The notes under the pieces: model-generated
Seen by the model: the letters and a program-made list of their open reading frames with translations, nothing else
What the model was told of the DNA's origin: nothing
Database searches by the model: none
Source of the DNA: Devosia sp.
Lineage (GTDB): Bacteria; Pseudomonadota; Alphaproteobacteria; Rhizobiales; Devosiaceae
DNA: 64,000 nucleotides
Assembly (NCBI RefSeq): GCF_048261455.1
Contig: NZ_JBLXGA010000002.1
Span: 170,648-234,647 of the forward strand
Reading direction: 5' to 3'
Shown here: piece after piece, positions 25,951 through 35,212 of the stretch
How the letters are laid out: each line of letters begins with the position of its first letter
Position numbering within the stretch: position 1 is the first letter of the stretch
Translations under genes and position numbers: made by a program

Positions 25951-26916
25951 TCAGACCGTCTGGCGGTCGAACTGGCCGTTCTTGCGGAAGCGCCACAGAT
26001 AGCTCGGCACGATCGCCTCGATGGCGGTCGGCACGATGCCGAAGGCGGAGATATCGCGGTTCTCGGCAATCGCCTCGTCCGAGACGACATTGTCGACCTG
26101 CAGCAGGTCCACCTGATCGGAGGTGATCAGCGGCGGGAAGGGCAGGATGGCGAAGGGCACGGCCATCAGCTTGCCGAGCCCTGCCGGGATCGGCAGGATC
26201 AGGTTGCCGCGCTGGGTTTCGGCCACCACGGTCTCCAGCACCTCGCGATGGGTGACGACCTCGGGGCCGCCGATCTCGTAGATGCGGCCGCCGGGCACGG
26301 CACCTTCAGCGGCGCGAACGATCACCTCGGCCAGATCGCCGACATAGACCGGCTGGAAGCGGGTCTTGCCGCCGATCAGCGGCAGCACCGGCGACAGGCG
26401 CGACAGGGCGCCATAAAGGTTGAAGAAGCCATCGCCCGAGCCGAAGACGATCGAGGGCCGCAGGATGATCGCATTGGGGAAGCCGGCGAGAATCTCTTCC
26501 TCGCCCAGCGCCTTGGAGCGCGCATAGGCGGAGACGCTTTGCGTGTCGGCACCGATGGCCGAGACCTGCACCAGCGATTTGACGCCGGCGGCCGTGGCGG
26601 CCTGGGCGATATTGCGGGCGCCCATGGTGTGCACGGCGCGGAAGCGCTGCTTGCCGCTCTCATGGCCGACGCCGACGAGATTGATGACGATATCGGCGCC
26701 GTGCACGGCGCGCTGCACCGATTCGAGATTGCGGATATTGGCCTGGATCGGCATCACCTGGCCGACGGTACCCAGCGGGCGCACGTGACCGGCCAGATCG
26801 GGGCGGCGCACCGCCACCCGCACGCGCCAGCCCTTGCGGGCCAGCAACTGGATCATCTGGGTGCCGATAAAGCCCGAGCCACCGAAAACCGTGACGACAG
26901 TGTCGGAAGGTTGCAT
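25951..26916 (-). CDS. NAD(P)H-binding NDUFA9-like / NmrA-like SDR protein
   Basis: MQPSDTVVTVFGGSGFIGTQMIQLL. The start was trimmed to 26916. Confidence 0.7.
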   Translation of the reverse strand: MQPSDTVVTVFGGSGFIGTQMIQLLARKGWRVRVAVRRPDLAGHVRPLGTVGQVMPIQANIRNLESVQRAVHGADIVINLVGVGHESGKQRFRAVHTMGARNIAQAATAAGVKSLVQVSAIGADTQSVSAYARSKALGEEEILAGFPNAIILRPSIVFGSGDGFFNLYGALSRLSPVLPLIGGKTRFQPVYVGDLAEVIVRAAEGAVPGGRIYEIGGPEVVTHREVLETVVAETQRGNLILPIPAGLGKLMAVPFAILPFPPLITSDQVDLLQVDNVVSDEAIAENRDISAFGIVPTAIEAIVPSYLWRFRKNGQFDRQTV

Positions 26917-27084
26917 GGGCGCGGGGCTCCGTTTTCGCGTTAGGCCAAGGCCTAATAGCGCGCGTCCCCCGATGTGTCGAGTGGGGTGCGCGCCTGCATC
27001 TGCGACACAAAGTTTCGCTTCGCTGCACAGGGCGCATTGACAAGCTGCGGGCCATTGCCTAGGAGACGCGCGCCCCATCGGATT

Positions 27085-27169
27085 GCCCTGGTGGCGGAAT
27101 TGGTAGACGCGCACGGTTCAGGTCCGTGTGTCGCAAGACGTGGAAGTTCGAGTCTTCTCCAGGGCACCA
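27085..27169 (+). tRNA. tRNA-Leu (anticodon CAG)
   Basis: The acceptor stem is GCCCTGG/CCAGGGC. The anticodon arm is CACGG-TTCAGGT-CCGTG. It has a long variable arm, a TTCGAGT T-loop and an encoded CCA. Length is 85 nt. Confidence 0.9.
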
Positions 27170-27181
27170 ATGGCCAGCGCC

Positions 27182-27218
27182 AAAAACGGCCTCCCGCAAG
27201 GGGGGCCGTTTTGCGTTT
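27182..27218. terminator. Hairpin terminator after tRNA-Leu, possibly bidirectional
   Basis: AAAAACGGCCTCCC-GCAA-GGGGGGCCGTTTTGCGTTT. Confidence 0.65.
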
Positions 27219-27254
27219 GGGGCGTATGGCGTGCCGGTGGTCCGGGCAGCGGCG

Positions 27255-27590
27255 CTATTCGCAGCCGATGCCGTCGTTGTCGGCGTCGAGATTGTACGGA
27301 TCGTTGCCGTTGACGATCTGAACCGGTCCGGCGAAGCTGTCGCAGTTGCGGTCATCGGTGATGGCTGCACCTGCGCTGCCGGCGCCATAGTGTCGCCGTG
27401 TGACCTTCAGGAAACCCGGTGCACCCGGCAGGATCACGAAGGACGGCAGGCCCGTGGCAGTGCGCTGCATCTCGGGCGGCGGATATTCGTAATGCACGAA
27501 GGACCCGTCATCACGGAACTGCGCGGCGCTCGCGGCACCGGTATAGAGAAGCAGCGCAAGCGCGCTCAGCATGACAAATCTCTTCGACAT
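27255..27590 (-). CDS. Secreted Excalibur calcium-binding-domain protein
   Basis: It has a signal peptide and the C-terminal sequence NCDSF...DPYNLDADNDGIGCE. Confidence 0.75.
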   Translation of the reverse strand: MSKRFVMLSALALLLYTGAASAAQFRDDGSFVHYEYPPPEMQRTATGLPSFVILPGAPGFLKVTRRHYGAGSAGAAITDDRNCDSFAGPVQIVNGNDPYNLDADNDGIGCE

Positions 27591-27672
27591 GGCCAGCCCT
27601 CAGCTGGTCAATAGTCTTGCCCGCAATGCTGAAGATCATGTTTCGAGAGGGCTGCGCATTGCTGCGCGCGAG

Positions 27673-28362
27673 CTATTCTGCCGGAATGTGCCGCGAGTCT
27701 GTCTGGTGCGGGCTGTACCGGCGCGACGGCGCGGAGCGCACCATGGCCAAACCCGCAAGGCCGAACCACAGCGTGCTGCCGAGCAGGAACACACTGGCGC
27801 CCTGGATCGCGAGGGGCGGCACTACTGGCGAGATGCCGGCGACGCCGACGGCGATGCCCAGATAGCACAGCGGCCGTGGCAGACCTCCACGCAGCAGGGC
27901 AAAGCTCATCAGCACGAGCCAGAGGCCGCCGAGGATCGTATCGCCCTGGTTGAGCGCCCGGTCAAAGGCCGTCAGGACATTGTAGACATCCATGGCATCC
28001 TCGCGGCTGATGCGCGAAAGGTCCGTGACGAAATCGGGGCTGGTGGTGCCAAGCAAGCCCGTCGCGAAACGCGCCGTCGCCCAGAGCAGGCTGAACCCCA
28101 GAATGACATAGGCGAGCATTTCCGCGCGGTGGCGGATCTCGTAGGCGAGCGCCACACTGACCGGGATGAGCAGCAGCGCCATGACGATGCCCGTCAGCAG
28201 GAACCACAGGTAAACGGAAGTCCGGTGGTTGGTGTAGACGGCAAAGACATCGGCAGTGGGGTCGTTAAACCCGGCGGGCGTGAGCACGACATTTGATAAA
28301 ACGATCGCTATCGCCGATGCGAGCGCAAGCACGATCGCAGCCACTCCGCCAAATCGCCGCAT
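27673..28362 (-). CDS. Integral membrane protein of unknown function
   Basis: The 229-aa product has about six hydrophobic segments. Confidence 0.55.
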   Translation of the reverse strand: MRRFGGVAAIVLALASAIAIVLSNVVLTPAGFNDPTADVFAVYTNHRTSVYLWFLLTGIVMALLLIPVSVALAYEIRHRAEMLAYVILGFSLLWATARFATGLLGTTSPDFVTDLSRISREDAMDVYNVLTAFDRALNQGDTILGGLWLVLMSFALLRGGLPRPLCYLGIAVGVAGISPVVPPLAIQGASVFLLGSTLWFGLAGLAMVRSAPSRRYSPHQTDSRHIPAE

Positions 28363-28807
28363 CCCCTCAACCTCCTACGCCAGTTCTGCACGCGCGCGTC
28401 ACCACACGACGATGACGGGCTCCTCACGCGATGGCGGAATGGATTGCGGGTCCGCTATGGACAAGTCACGCAGCGGCTGCGCTTTGAACCACGTTCCGAA
28501 TCGGCGACTGACTCCCAGCAGCCACCGACCATCACGCGTATTATGATAACGCCGTCTTCGAAAATGACAACGTCAGACTAGTATAACGTGATCTACGCAG
28601 CACGATTTACAGATATGGATCGCCCGCCTGAGGGGTAATACGGATACGTGAAACAGCCCAGCGCCGGATGCTGCGCGTTATTCGGTTGATTGGGGCACAC
28701 GGATCGCGCTTCGTCTCGGACGTCGAACGGACGGCCAAGAGCCACAAAGACACGCTGCGTTGAATATTCCGACTGAGGAAGACAACTTTCGCTCTCGCCG
28801 ACGCGAT

Positions 28808-29371
28808 TCAGTCGAGCCGCTTGACCATGTAGCGGGCGCCCTCTTCGTAACTCAGCAGCTTGCCGTAGAGATCGGGCACTTCGGCGACGACGAAGCCATG
28901 CTTTTGCCAGAAGGGCACCGAGCCGTTGACAGCAACCAGGGTCATGGTGGGATAGCCGCCCACTTCGGCATGCTTGATCAGCGCGCTGACGATCTGGCTG
29001 GCGGCGCCGACGCGGCGGGCGACTGGCAGCAGCGCGAGATCGTGCAGGTAATAGGTGTCGGGCTCGGCCGGCAGGCGCTCGAGCAGCGTGTTCAGCGCCG
29101 GCAGCGTGCCATAGCGCCAGGGGTGGGAGATGACATAGCCGGCGGGCTTGTCGGTGATCTCCAGCAGGTAGCAGCCATTGTGGTAGAGCAGCTGACGCTC
29201 GGCCAGCACCTCGGGCGCCTCGAAGAAATCGGGATGAACGACATCGGCGATCTTTTCGACTTCGGCCATGTCGTAGCCGGTCATGGCGCGCCAGGCGACC
29301 GTCTTGTGCAGCATTATCGAGCCCCCGGAAAAAGGGCCCGCACCGAAGTGCGAGCCCAGGATTTGCGGCAC
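28808..29371 (-). CDS. GNAT-family acetyltransferase
   Basis: YYLHDLALLPVARRVGAASQIV ... FWQKHGF. The start is uncertain, with several in-frame Met codons. Confidence 0.6.
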   Translation of the reverse strand: MPQILGSHFGAGPFSGGSIMLHKTVAWRAMTGYDMAEVEKIADVVHPDFFEAPEVLAERQLLYHNGCYLLEITDKPAGYVISHPWRYGTLPALNTLLERLPAEPDTYYLHDLALLPVARRVGAASQIVSALIKHAEVGGYPTMTLVAVNGSVPFWQKHGFVVAEVPDLYGKLLSYEEGARYMVKRLD

Positions 29372-29395
29372 TCAACCTCCGACAGGAGGCGAGGC

Positions 29396-31105
29396 TCAGT
29401 TCTGTTCGCGATCCTTGAGGGCAGCGCCCAGGATGTCGCCGAGCGAAGCGCCCGAGTCCGACGAACCGTAATTGGCCACGGCTTCCTTCTCCTCGGCGAT
29501 TTCCAGCGCCTTGATGGAGAGGTTGATGCGGCTGGTCTTGCGGTCGAAGACGGTGACGCGCGCGTCGACCTTCTCGCCCTTGGAGAAACGCTCCGGACGC
29601 TGGTCGTTGCGGTCGCGGCTGAGATCGGCACGACGGATGAACGCAGTCATCTCGCCACCTTCGATCTTCACCTCGATGCCGCCATCGTTGACCTCGGTCA
29701 CGATGCCGGTGACGACGGAGCCCTTGCGGATGCCATCACCGCCGGTGTCGACGGCATCGCCGGCCGACAGCTGCTTGATGCCCAGCGAGATGCGTTCCTT
29801 GTCGACATCGACGTCCAGCACCCGAGCCTGAACCATGTCGCCACGGTTGTACTCTTCGAGGGCCAGTTCGCCTGGCTTCTGCCAGTCGAGATCGGACAGG
29901 TGCACCATGCCGTCGACATCGCCGTCGAGGCCGATGAACAGGCCGAATTCGGTCTTGTTCTTGACTTCGCCTTCGATGGTCGCACCGATCGGGAACTTCT
30001 CGGCGAAGCTCTCCCACGGGTTCGACAGGGTCTGCTTGAGACCGAGCGAGATGCGGCGCTTGTCGGGATCGACCTCGAGCACCATGACTTCCACTTCCTG
30101 GGAGGTGGAGACGATCTTGCCCGGGTGGACGTTCTTTTTGGTCCAGCTCATCTCCGAGACGTGGATCAGGCCTTCGATGCCCGGCTCCAGCTCGACGAAT
30201 GCACCGTAGTCGGTGATGTTGGTCACGCGGCCGGTGAACTTGGCGCCGACCGGGTACTTGGCGGCAATGCCATCCCACGGATCAGCCTGCAGCTGCTTCA
30301 TGCCCAGCGAGATGCGGTGGCTCTCGTGGTTGATGCGGACGATCTGCACCTTGATGGTCTCGCCGATCGACAGCACTTCGGTCGGGTGATTGACTCGGCG
30401 CCAGGCGATGTCGGTGACGTGCAGCAGGCCGTCGATGCCGCCGAGATCAACGAACGCACCGTAATCGGTGATGTTCTTGACCACGCCGTCGACAACCTGG
30501 CCCTCTTCGAGCTGCTGGACGATCTCGGAACGCTGCTCGGCGCGGCTTTCCTCGAGAATGGCACGGCGCGACACGACGATATTGCCGCGACGCTTGTCCA
30601 TCTTCAGGATCTGGAAGGGCTGCGGCACATTCATCAGCGGGCCGATGTCGCGGATCGGGCGGATATCCACCTGCGAACGCGGCAGGAAGGCCACGGCACC
30701 TTCGAGGTCGACGGTGAAGCCACCCTTGACCTGGTTGAAGATGATGCCTTCGACGCGCTCGTTCTTGGCGTACAGATCCTCGAGCTTGACCCAGCTTTCT
30801 TCGCGGCGGGCCTTTTCACGGCTGAGAACGGCTTCGCCAACCGCGTTCTCGACGCGATCGACATAGACCTCGACTTCCGATCCGACCTGGATGGTGCCGT
30901 CACGGCCGGCCTGGCCGAATTCCTTGAGCGCAACGCGCCCCTCGGTCTTGAGACCGACGTCGACGATGGCGAGATCCTTCTCGATCGCCACGACCCGTCC
31001 CTTGACAACGGCGCCTTCCAGCGGCTCGTTCTCAAGGAAGGAATCCATCAGCATGGACTCGAAATCGTCCATGGATACAGTTTCAACTGCCAAAATCTTC
31101 TCCAT
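29396..31105 (-). CDS. rpsA: 30S ribosomal protein S1
   Basis: The 569-aa product has six S1 repeats (VKGRVVAIEKDLAIVDVGLKTEG, ...). The 788-aa + ORF across it is an antisense shadow. Confidence 0.95.
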   Translation of the reverse strand: MEKILAVETVSMDDFESMLMDSFLENEPLEGAVVKGRVVAIEKDLAIVDVGLKTEGRVALKEFGQAGRDGTIQVGSEVEVYVDRVENAVGEAVLSREKARREESWVKLEDLYAKNERVEGIIFNQVKGGFTVDLEGAVAFLPRSQVDIRPIRDIGPLMNVPQPFQILKMDKRRGNIVVSRRAILEESRAEQRSEIVQQLEEGQVVDGVVKNITDYGAFVDLGGIDGLLHVTDIAWRRVNHPTEVLSIGETIKVQIVRINHESHRISLGMKQLQADPWDGIAAKYPVGAKFTGRVTNITDYGAFVELEPGIEGLIHVSEMSWTKKNVHPGKIVSTSQEVEVMVLEVDPDKRRISLGLKQTLSNPWESFAEKFPIGATIEGEVKNKTEFGLFIGLDGDVDGMVHLSDLDWQKPGELALEEYNRGDMVQARVLDVDVDKERISLGIKQLSAGDAVDTGGDGIRKGSVVTGIVTEVNDGGIEVKIEGGEMTAFIRRADLSRDRNDQRPERFSKGEKVDARVTVFDRKTSRINLSIKALEIAEEKEAVANYGSSDSGASLGDILGAALKDREQN

Positions 31106-31261
31106 TGCGCCCGGTGGCTTGTGTGAAATGGCCCGTCTGCCATCGTTCGATACGAACGATCCGGTGCGCCGGCGCGCGAGCCATGAGTCTAGTGGATGAA
31201 ATCCGCCGCCTGGTGGTCTGCCTCAGAACGGGGATCCGGCCATCGGAATTGGATTGGAAGC

Positions 31262-31903
31262 TCAGGGCTTCTCCCGACGTGCCACGACCCCGTCGACGAT
31301 GGCGACGGCTGCGCGGAGTGCGGCCTGTATATCGAGAAGCGTCGTATCCAGCAAGTGGGCATCGTCGGCCTTGTAGAAGCCGCCGTTAGGGTTGGCACTG
31401 TCGCGCGCGTCGCGCTCCTCGATCTGGTGATAGAGCGCGTAGCGGTCGACGGTGAGGCCGCGTGCCTCGAGCTGACGGGCACGGCGCTCCATGCGGGCCT
31501 TGGAATCGGCGACGATGAACAGCTTCACATCGGCTTCGGGGCAGACGACGGTGCCGATGTCGCGCCCGTCGAGCACGGCGCCGCCCGGCTGCAGGGCGAA
31601 ATTGCGCTGATAGTCGCGCATCGCCTCGCGCACTTCGCGGATGACCGCCACATGCGAGGCCAGGACGCCGGCGCCGGCGCTAGTGAGCTGTTTGCGTTCT
31701 GGCAGTTGGCCCGGCTTCAGGGCGCGGGCGGCGGCGATGGCGCGCTCGGTGAAATCAGGGCTTTCGAGGTCGTCGGCAACCATCAGCCCGACGGCACGAT
31801 AGAGCAGCCCGGTATCGAGATGCGGCAGCTGGTAGTGCTCGGCGAGGCCTTCGGCCAGTGTCCCTTTGCCGGACGCGGCCGGTCCATCCACTGCAATGAT
31901 CAT
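31262..31903 (-). CDS. cmk: Cytidylate kinase
   Basis: MIIAVDGPAASGKGTLAEGLAEHYQLPHLDTGLLYR. The start was trimmed to 31903. Confidence 0.9.
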   Translation of the reverse strand: MIIAVDGPAASGKGTLAEGLAEHYQLPHLDTGLLYRAVGLMVADDLESPDFTERAIAAARALKPGQLPERKQLTSAGAGVLASHVAVIREVREAMRDYQRNFALQPGGAVLDGRDIGTVVCPEADVKLFIVADSKARMERRARQLEARGLTVDRYALYHQIEERDARDSANPNGGFYKADDAHLLDTTLLDIQAALRAAVAIVDGVVARREKP

Positions 31904-32080
31904 GCCCGTCCCCGCGCGGTCCCAAACCGGCGCCGTGTTAACATCAAGTGCGGCCCTTCTGCCAGCCCGGGCGCCGCTCACCCGCAAATGGGCCAATTAG
32001 GGTTTGACAGGGCCGGGCTTTCACCCTAACCGAGCCGCTTACCCGGTGGGGCTTGCCCCGCAAATGTAAAGAGGCTGCAA

Positions 32081-32512
32081 TTGGACAAGGATGCTCGCGG
32101 GACCAAACGGGAAGATCCCGAAACCGGCAAGAAGTTCTACGATCTGAACAAGGATCCGATCGTATCGCCCTATACCGGTAAATCCTATCCACGTTCCTTC
32201 TTCGAAGAGACCGTTGCGGTCCGTCACAAGGCTGCGGCCGAAGTGAAGGAAAAGCCGGTCGCAGAGGAAGAGGAAGAGCTGGAAGTCGTGGCCGAGGCCG
32301 CGCCCGATGGCCCGGAGATCGTTTCGCTCGAGGAAGCCGACGCCGAGGAATCCGGTGACGATACCGACAGCGAGAACATCCCCGATGTGGATGGCGTCGA
32401 TGACGATGTCGAAGATCTCGGCGAGGACGATGCCGACGTTTTCCTCGAAGAAGACGAGGATGACGACGACGATCTGGACTTCCCGGTCAAGGACGATACC
32501 GACGACCGCTAA
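32081..32512 (+). CDS. FYDLN_acid (TIGR02300-like) protein
   Basis: GTKREDPETGKKFYDLNKDPIVSPYTGKSYP is followed by a long acidic tail. The start codon is TTG. Confidence 0.75.
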   Translation: MDKDARGTKREDPETGKKFYDLNKDPIVSPYTGKSYPRSFFEETVAVRHKAAAEVKEKPVAEEEEELEVVAEAAPDGPEIVSLEEADAEESGDDTDSENIPDVDGVDDDVEDLGEDDADVFLEEDEDDDDDLDFPVKDDTDDR

Positions 32513-32668
32513 GCGGCGTCACAAAAACCCAAAATAGGCTCTTGCAACCGCCGGGCCAGATGGGTAGATAGCACCGCGCTGCGACGGAAACCGCCGCAGT
32601 GCAAATCCCAAAGACGCAAAGGGTCCTGCCCGCCGCGTCGCCGGATGTGATCGAGGTAGATCACGGAT

Positions 32669-32746
<78 letters not shown>

Positions 32747-32956
32747 CCTCACCCGCCAGGGCTGAGACACCACCACACTCCCGCTGCATCGTAGAACGAC
32801 CCGGCGCTTGAGCGCTGTCGGGCGGCTTCTGCTGCGCACCACAAGACGCCTCGCCGGCGCGCGCCACCCTGCGGGGCCTTGCCCGTGCGGACCCGCCGTG
32901 TCTTGCTGACGCGATGTGGGACCGGAGTGCTTTCGGGTGGCCCTGGCTTGGAGGGG

Positions 32957-34201
32957 ATGGCGAACCTGCGCAATCAGCTCGACATCGCAATCGTCGGCGC
33001 GGGACCGGGCGGTCTCGCCACGGCGCTGTTCCTGCACCGGGCGGGCCACAGGGCCACGGTCTTCGAGCGCTTCGACACCGCGCATCCGGTTGGCTCGGGC
33101 CTGATGCTGCAACCGACGGGGCTCGCGGTGCTGCAGGCGCTCGGGCTGGACGGTCAGATCGGCCAGCTGGGTGCCCGAGTGGATCGGCTGACCGGCACGG
33201 ATTCGCGCTCGGGTCGCACAGTGCTCGACGTCGGCTATGCGCCGCTCGGACCCAATGTCCATGCGCTGGCGGTCCACCGCGCGGCGCTATTCAATGTGCT
33301 GCATAGTGCCGTGCAGCGAAAGGGCATCGCGCTGGTCACGGGGTTCACCGCCACCGCGATGACAACAGGCGAGACCGGCCATTGGCTGCAGAGCGATAGG
33401 GGGCGCGAGGGGCCGTTCGATCTGATCGTCGATGCCTCGGGCGCGCGATCCCCCTTGCGGGTGGCGGCGCGCTTTCCCCCCAAACCACGGCCGCTCACCT
33501 ATGGGGCAATCTGGAGCACCGTTCCGTGGGTCGATTCGGGGTTCGACCGGCACGCCCTCAGCCAGCGCTATCGCAAATCGAGCGTGATGATCGGCGTGCT
33601 GCCGGTTGGAAGGCAAACCGGCGACGGCCCGGAGCTCGCCGCGTTCTTCTGGAGCCTCAAGCCGGAGAGCTATGACGGGTTGCGGGCGCGGGGCATTGCC
33701 GCCTGGCACGACGAGGTGCTGTCACACTGGCCGGAGACTGCGCCGCATCTGAGCCATATGGCGAGCTTCGAACAGATGAACCTTGCCCGCTATGCGCATG
33801 AAACCCTGCGAGTGCCCGCCGGCACCGGCATCGGCTTTGTCGGCGACAGCGCCCATTGCACCAGCCCGCAACTCGGCCAGGGCGCCAATATGGCGCTGCT
33901 CGATGCGGCGGCGCTGGCGACGGCCCTCGACCGCGCCGGCTCCGTCGCGGAAGCGCTGGAGCTCTATTGCCGGTTCCGCCGCTGGCACGTGCGGTTCTAC
34001 CAATTCATGTCGCTGGCGCTGACGCCTTTTTACCAGTCCGACAGCCGGACCCTGCCGTTCGTCCGCGACGTCCTCGTCTCCGGTATCGGAAAGCTGCCCC
34101 CCGTTGCCGCGCTGCTGGCGCAGCTGGTTTCGGGCCAGATGCTGCGTCCCTTGCGCGCCATCAGCCTCGCCCCCGTCACTTCGGCAGATCGCGCTGCATG
34201 A
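32957..34201 (+). CDS. FAD-dependent monooxygenase
   Basis: It has DIAIVGAGPGGLATALFL (GxGxxG) and GDSAHCTSPQLGQGANMAL motifs. The start at 32957 follows GGAGGGG. Confidence 0.8.
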   Translation: MANLRNQLDIAIVGAGPGGLATALFLHRAGHRATVFERFDTAHPVGSGLMLQPTGLAVLQALGLDGQIGQLGARVDRLTGTDSRSGRTVLDVGYAPLGPNVHALAVHRAALFNVLHSAVQRKGIALVTGFTATAMTTGETGHWLQSDRGREGPFDLIVDASGARSPLRVAARFPPKPRPLTYGAIWSTVPWVDSGFDRHALSQRYRKSSVMIGVLPVGRQTGDGPELAAFFWSLKPESYDGLRARGIAAWHDEVLSHWPETAPHLSHMASFEQMNLARYAHETLRVPAGTGIGFVGDSAHCTSPQLGQGANMALLDAAALATALDRAGSVAEALELYCRFRRWHVRFYQFMSLALTPFYQSDSRTLPFVRDVLVSGIGKLPPVAALLAQLVSGQMLRPLRAISLAPVTSADRAA

Positions 34202-34298
34202 AGGCGGCAAAAGCCTCCTTGAAATCGGCATGCCAGCGCGACAGCGCCGGGCGGCCGAGGATGATGTCCAGCGCATTCCAGTAGATGCGCTTGTGGTG
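34176..34298 (-). pseudogene. Truncated duplicate of the 3' end of the SDR gene at 35213..36058
   Basis: It encodes HHKRIYWNALDIILGRPALSRWHADFKEAFAAFMQRDLPK. This is near-identical to the last 40 aa of the intact SDR. No upstream SDR sequence is present. Confidence 0.75.
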
Positions 34299-34507
34299 GG
34301 TATTCGCAGCGTGCGAAAGAACTACTGGCACCGAAACAGTGATCTGTCTCTTGTCGGTCGCGACCGATGCGCCGAAACCGTTGCGCGCCGGTGACACCGC
34401 TAGCAAAATTGTGCGGCGCTTCCCCAAACACGTTGGACAGCAGAGTCGGCCATAAGCAATAGTGCTAGTCGATACCGAATCAACATACCTCTGTAAGGAC
34501 CGAATTC

Positions 34508-35125
34508 ATGACAAGATCTGCCCTGCTGGGGGGCGTTGCACTATTCGCCCTGTCTATGCCCGCCTTGGCCGCTGATCTGATCATCGACACGCCCGCTCCG
34601 ATGGCAATGGCGCCCGCCCATGAGACAGGCGTCTACGCCGAGTTTCTCGGCGGCGCCGCACTCCCGGCTACAATGATCTACGACACCGATGATGAATACG
34701 ATTATGCCGCTGGCTGGGCTGTGGCCGGCGTGCTTGGCTTTGCCACCGGTATCGATGGTCTGTCGCTTGAAGGTGACCTGTTCTACGCCTCGCGGGATTC
34801 GTCTCCTGACGAGAATGACGAGTACAACGTGACGACAGCGAGCGCCATGGCGGCCTTGAAGTACACTGTCGATCTCAACGACACCTTCTCCGTCTATGGA
34901 GCCGTCGGTCTTGGTGGCGTCTATTTGCGTGACGAAGAGATTGGCGGAGCCGTCGAGGCTGAAGGCTGGGGGGCTGGCTATCTCCTGAAGGCCGGTGTGA
35001 CCGCTCAGGTCGCTGATGCTGTGAGCCTGGTGGGCGAAATACGCCACGTGGAGTCTTTCGAACGCATTGACGACGAGCAGATCGGCACCACTTCCGTTCT
35101 CGCGGGTGTCAAGTTCGACTTCTGA
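34508..35125 (+). CDS. Omp25/OMP_b-brl-type small outer-membrane beta-barrel protein
   Basis: The signal peptide ...MPALA is followed by ADLIIDTP. The product shows an alternating strand pattern and a C-terminal GVKFDF with a terminal Phe. Confidence 0.8.
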   Translation: MTRSALLGGVALFALSMPALAADLIIDTPAPMAMAPAHETGVYAEFLGGAALPATMIYDTDDEYDYAAGWAVAGVLGFATGIDGLSLEGDLFYASRDSSPDENDEYNVTTASAMAALKYTVDLNDTFSVYGAVGLGGVYLRDEEIGGAVEAEGWGAGYLLKAGVTAQVADAVSLVGEIRHVESFERIDDEQIGTTSVLAGVKFDF

Positions 35126-35146
35126 TTCAAGTCGCAGCGCTTTTCC

Positions 35147-35176
35147 AAGGCCCCCGCACGGGGGCCTTTCTTTTGG
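35147..35176 (+). terminator. Rho-independent terminator after the OMP gene
   Basis: AAGGCCCCC-GCAC-GGGGGCCTT is followed by TCTTTTGG. Confidence 0.75.
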
Positions 35177-35212
35177 CAGGCCATTGGTTGCGCGCCATCG
35201 GCCTTGCCCCCG

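Noticed and set aside
27085-29395. Integrative element at tRNA-Leu
   Set aside because: I saw no integrase and no repeat of the tRNA 3' end. It is reported only as a low-interest islet.
28760-31126. 788-aa uninterrupted + ORF, the longest of its kind in the window
   Set aside because: It spans exactly the antisense of rpsA. The repetitive Asp/Gly/Ala/Leu content mirrors the S1 repeats. It has no independent start context.
32224-32490. Ser-rich 88-aa - ORF
   Set aside because: It is the antisense image of the Asp/Glu-rich tail of the FYDLN_acid gene.
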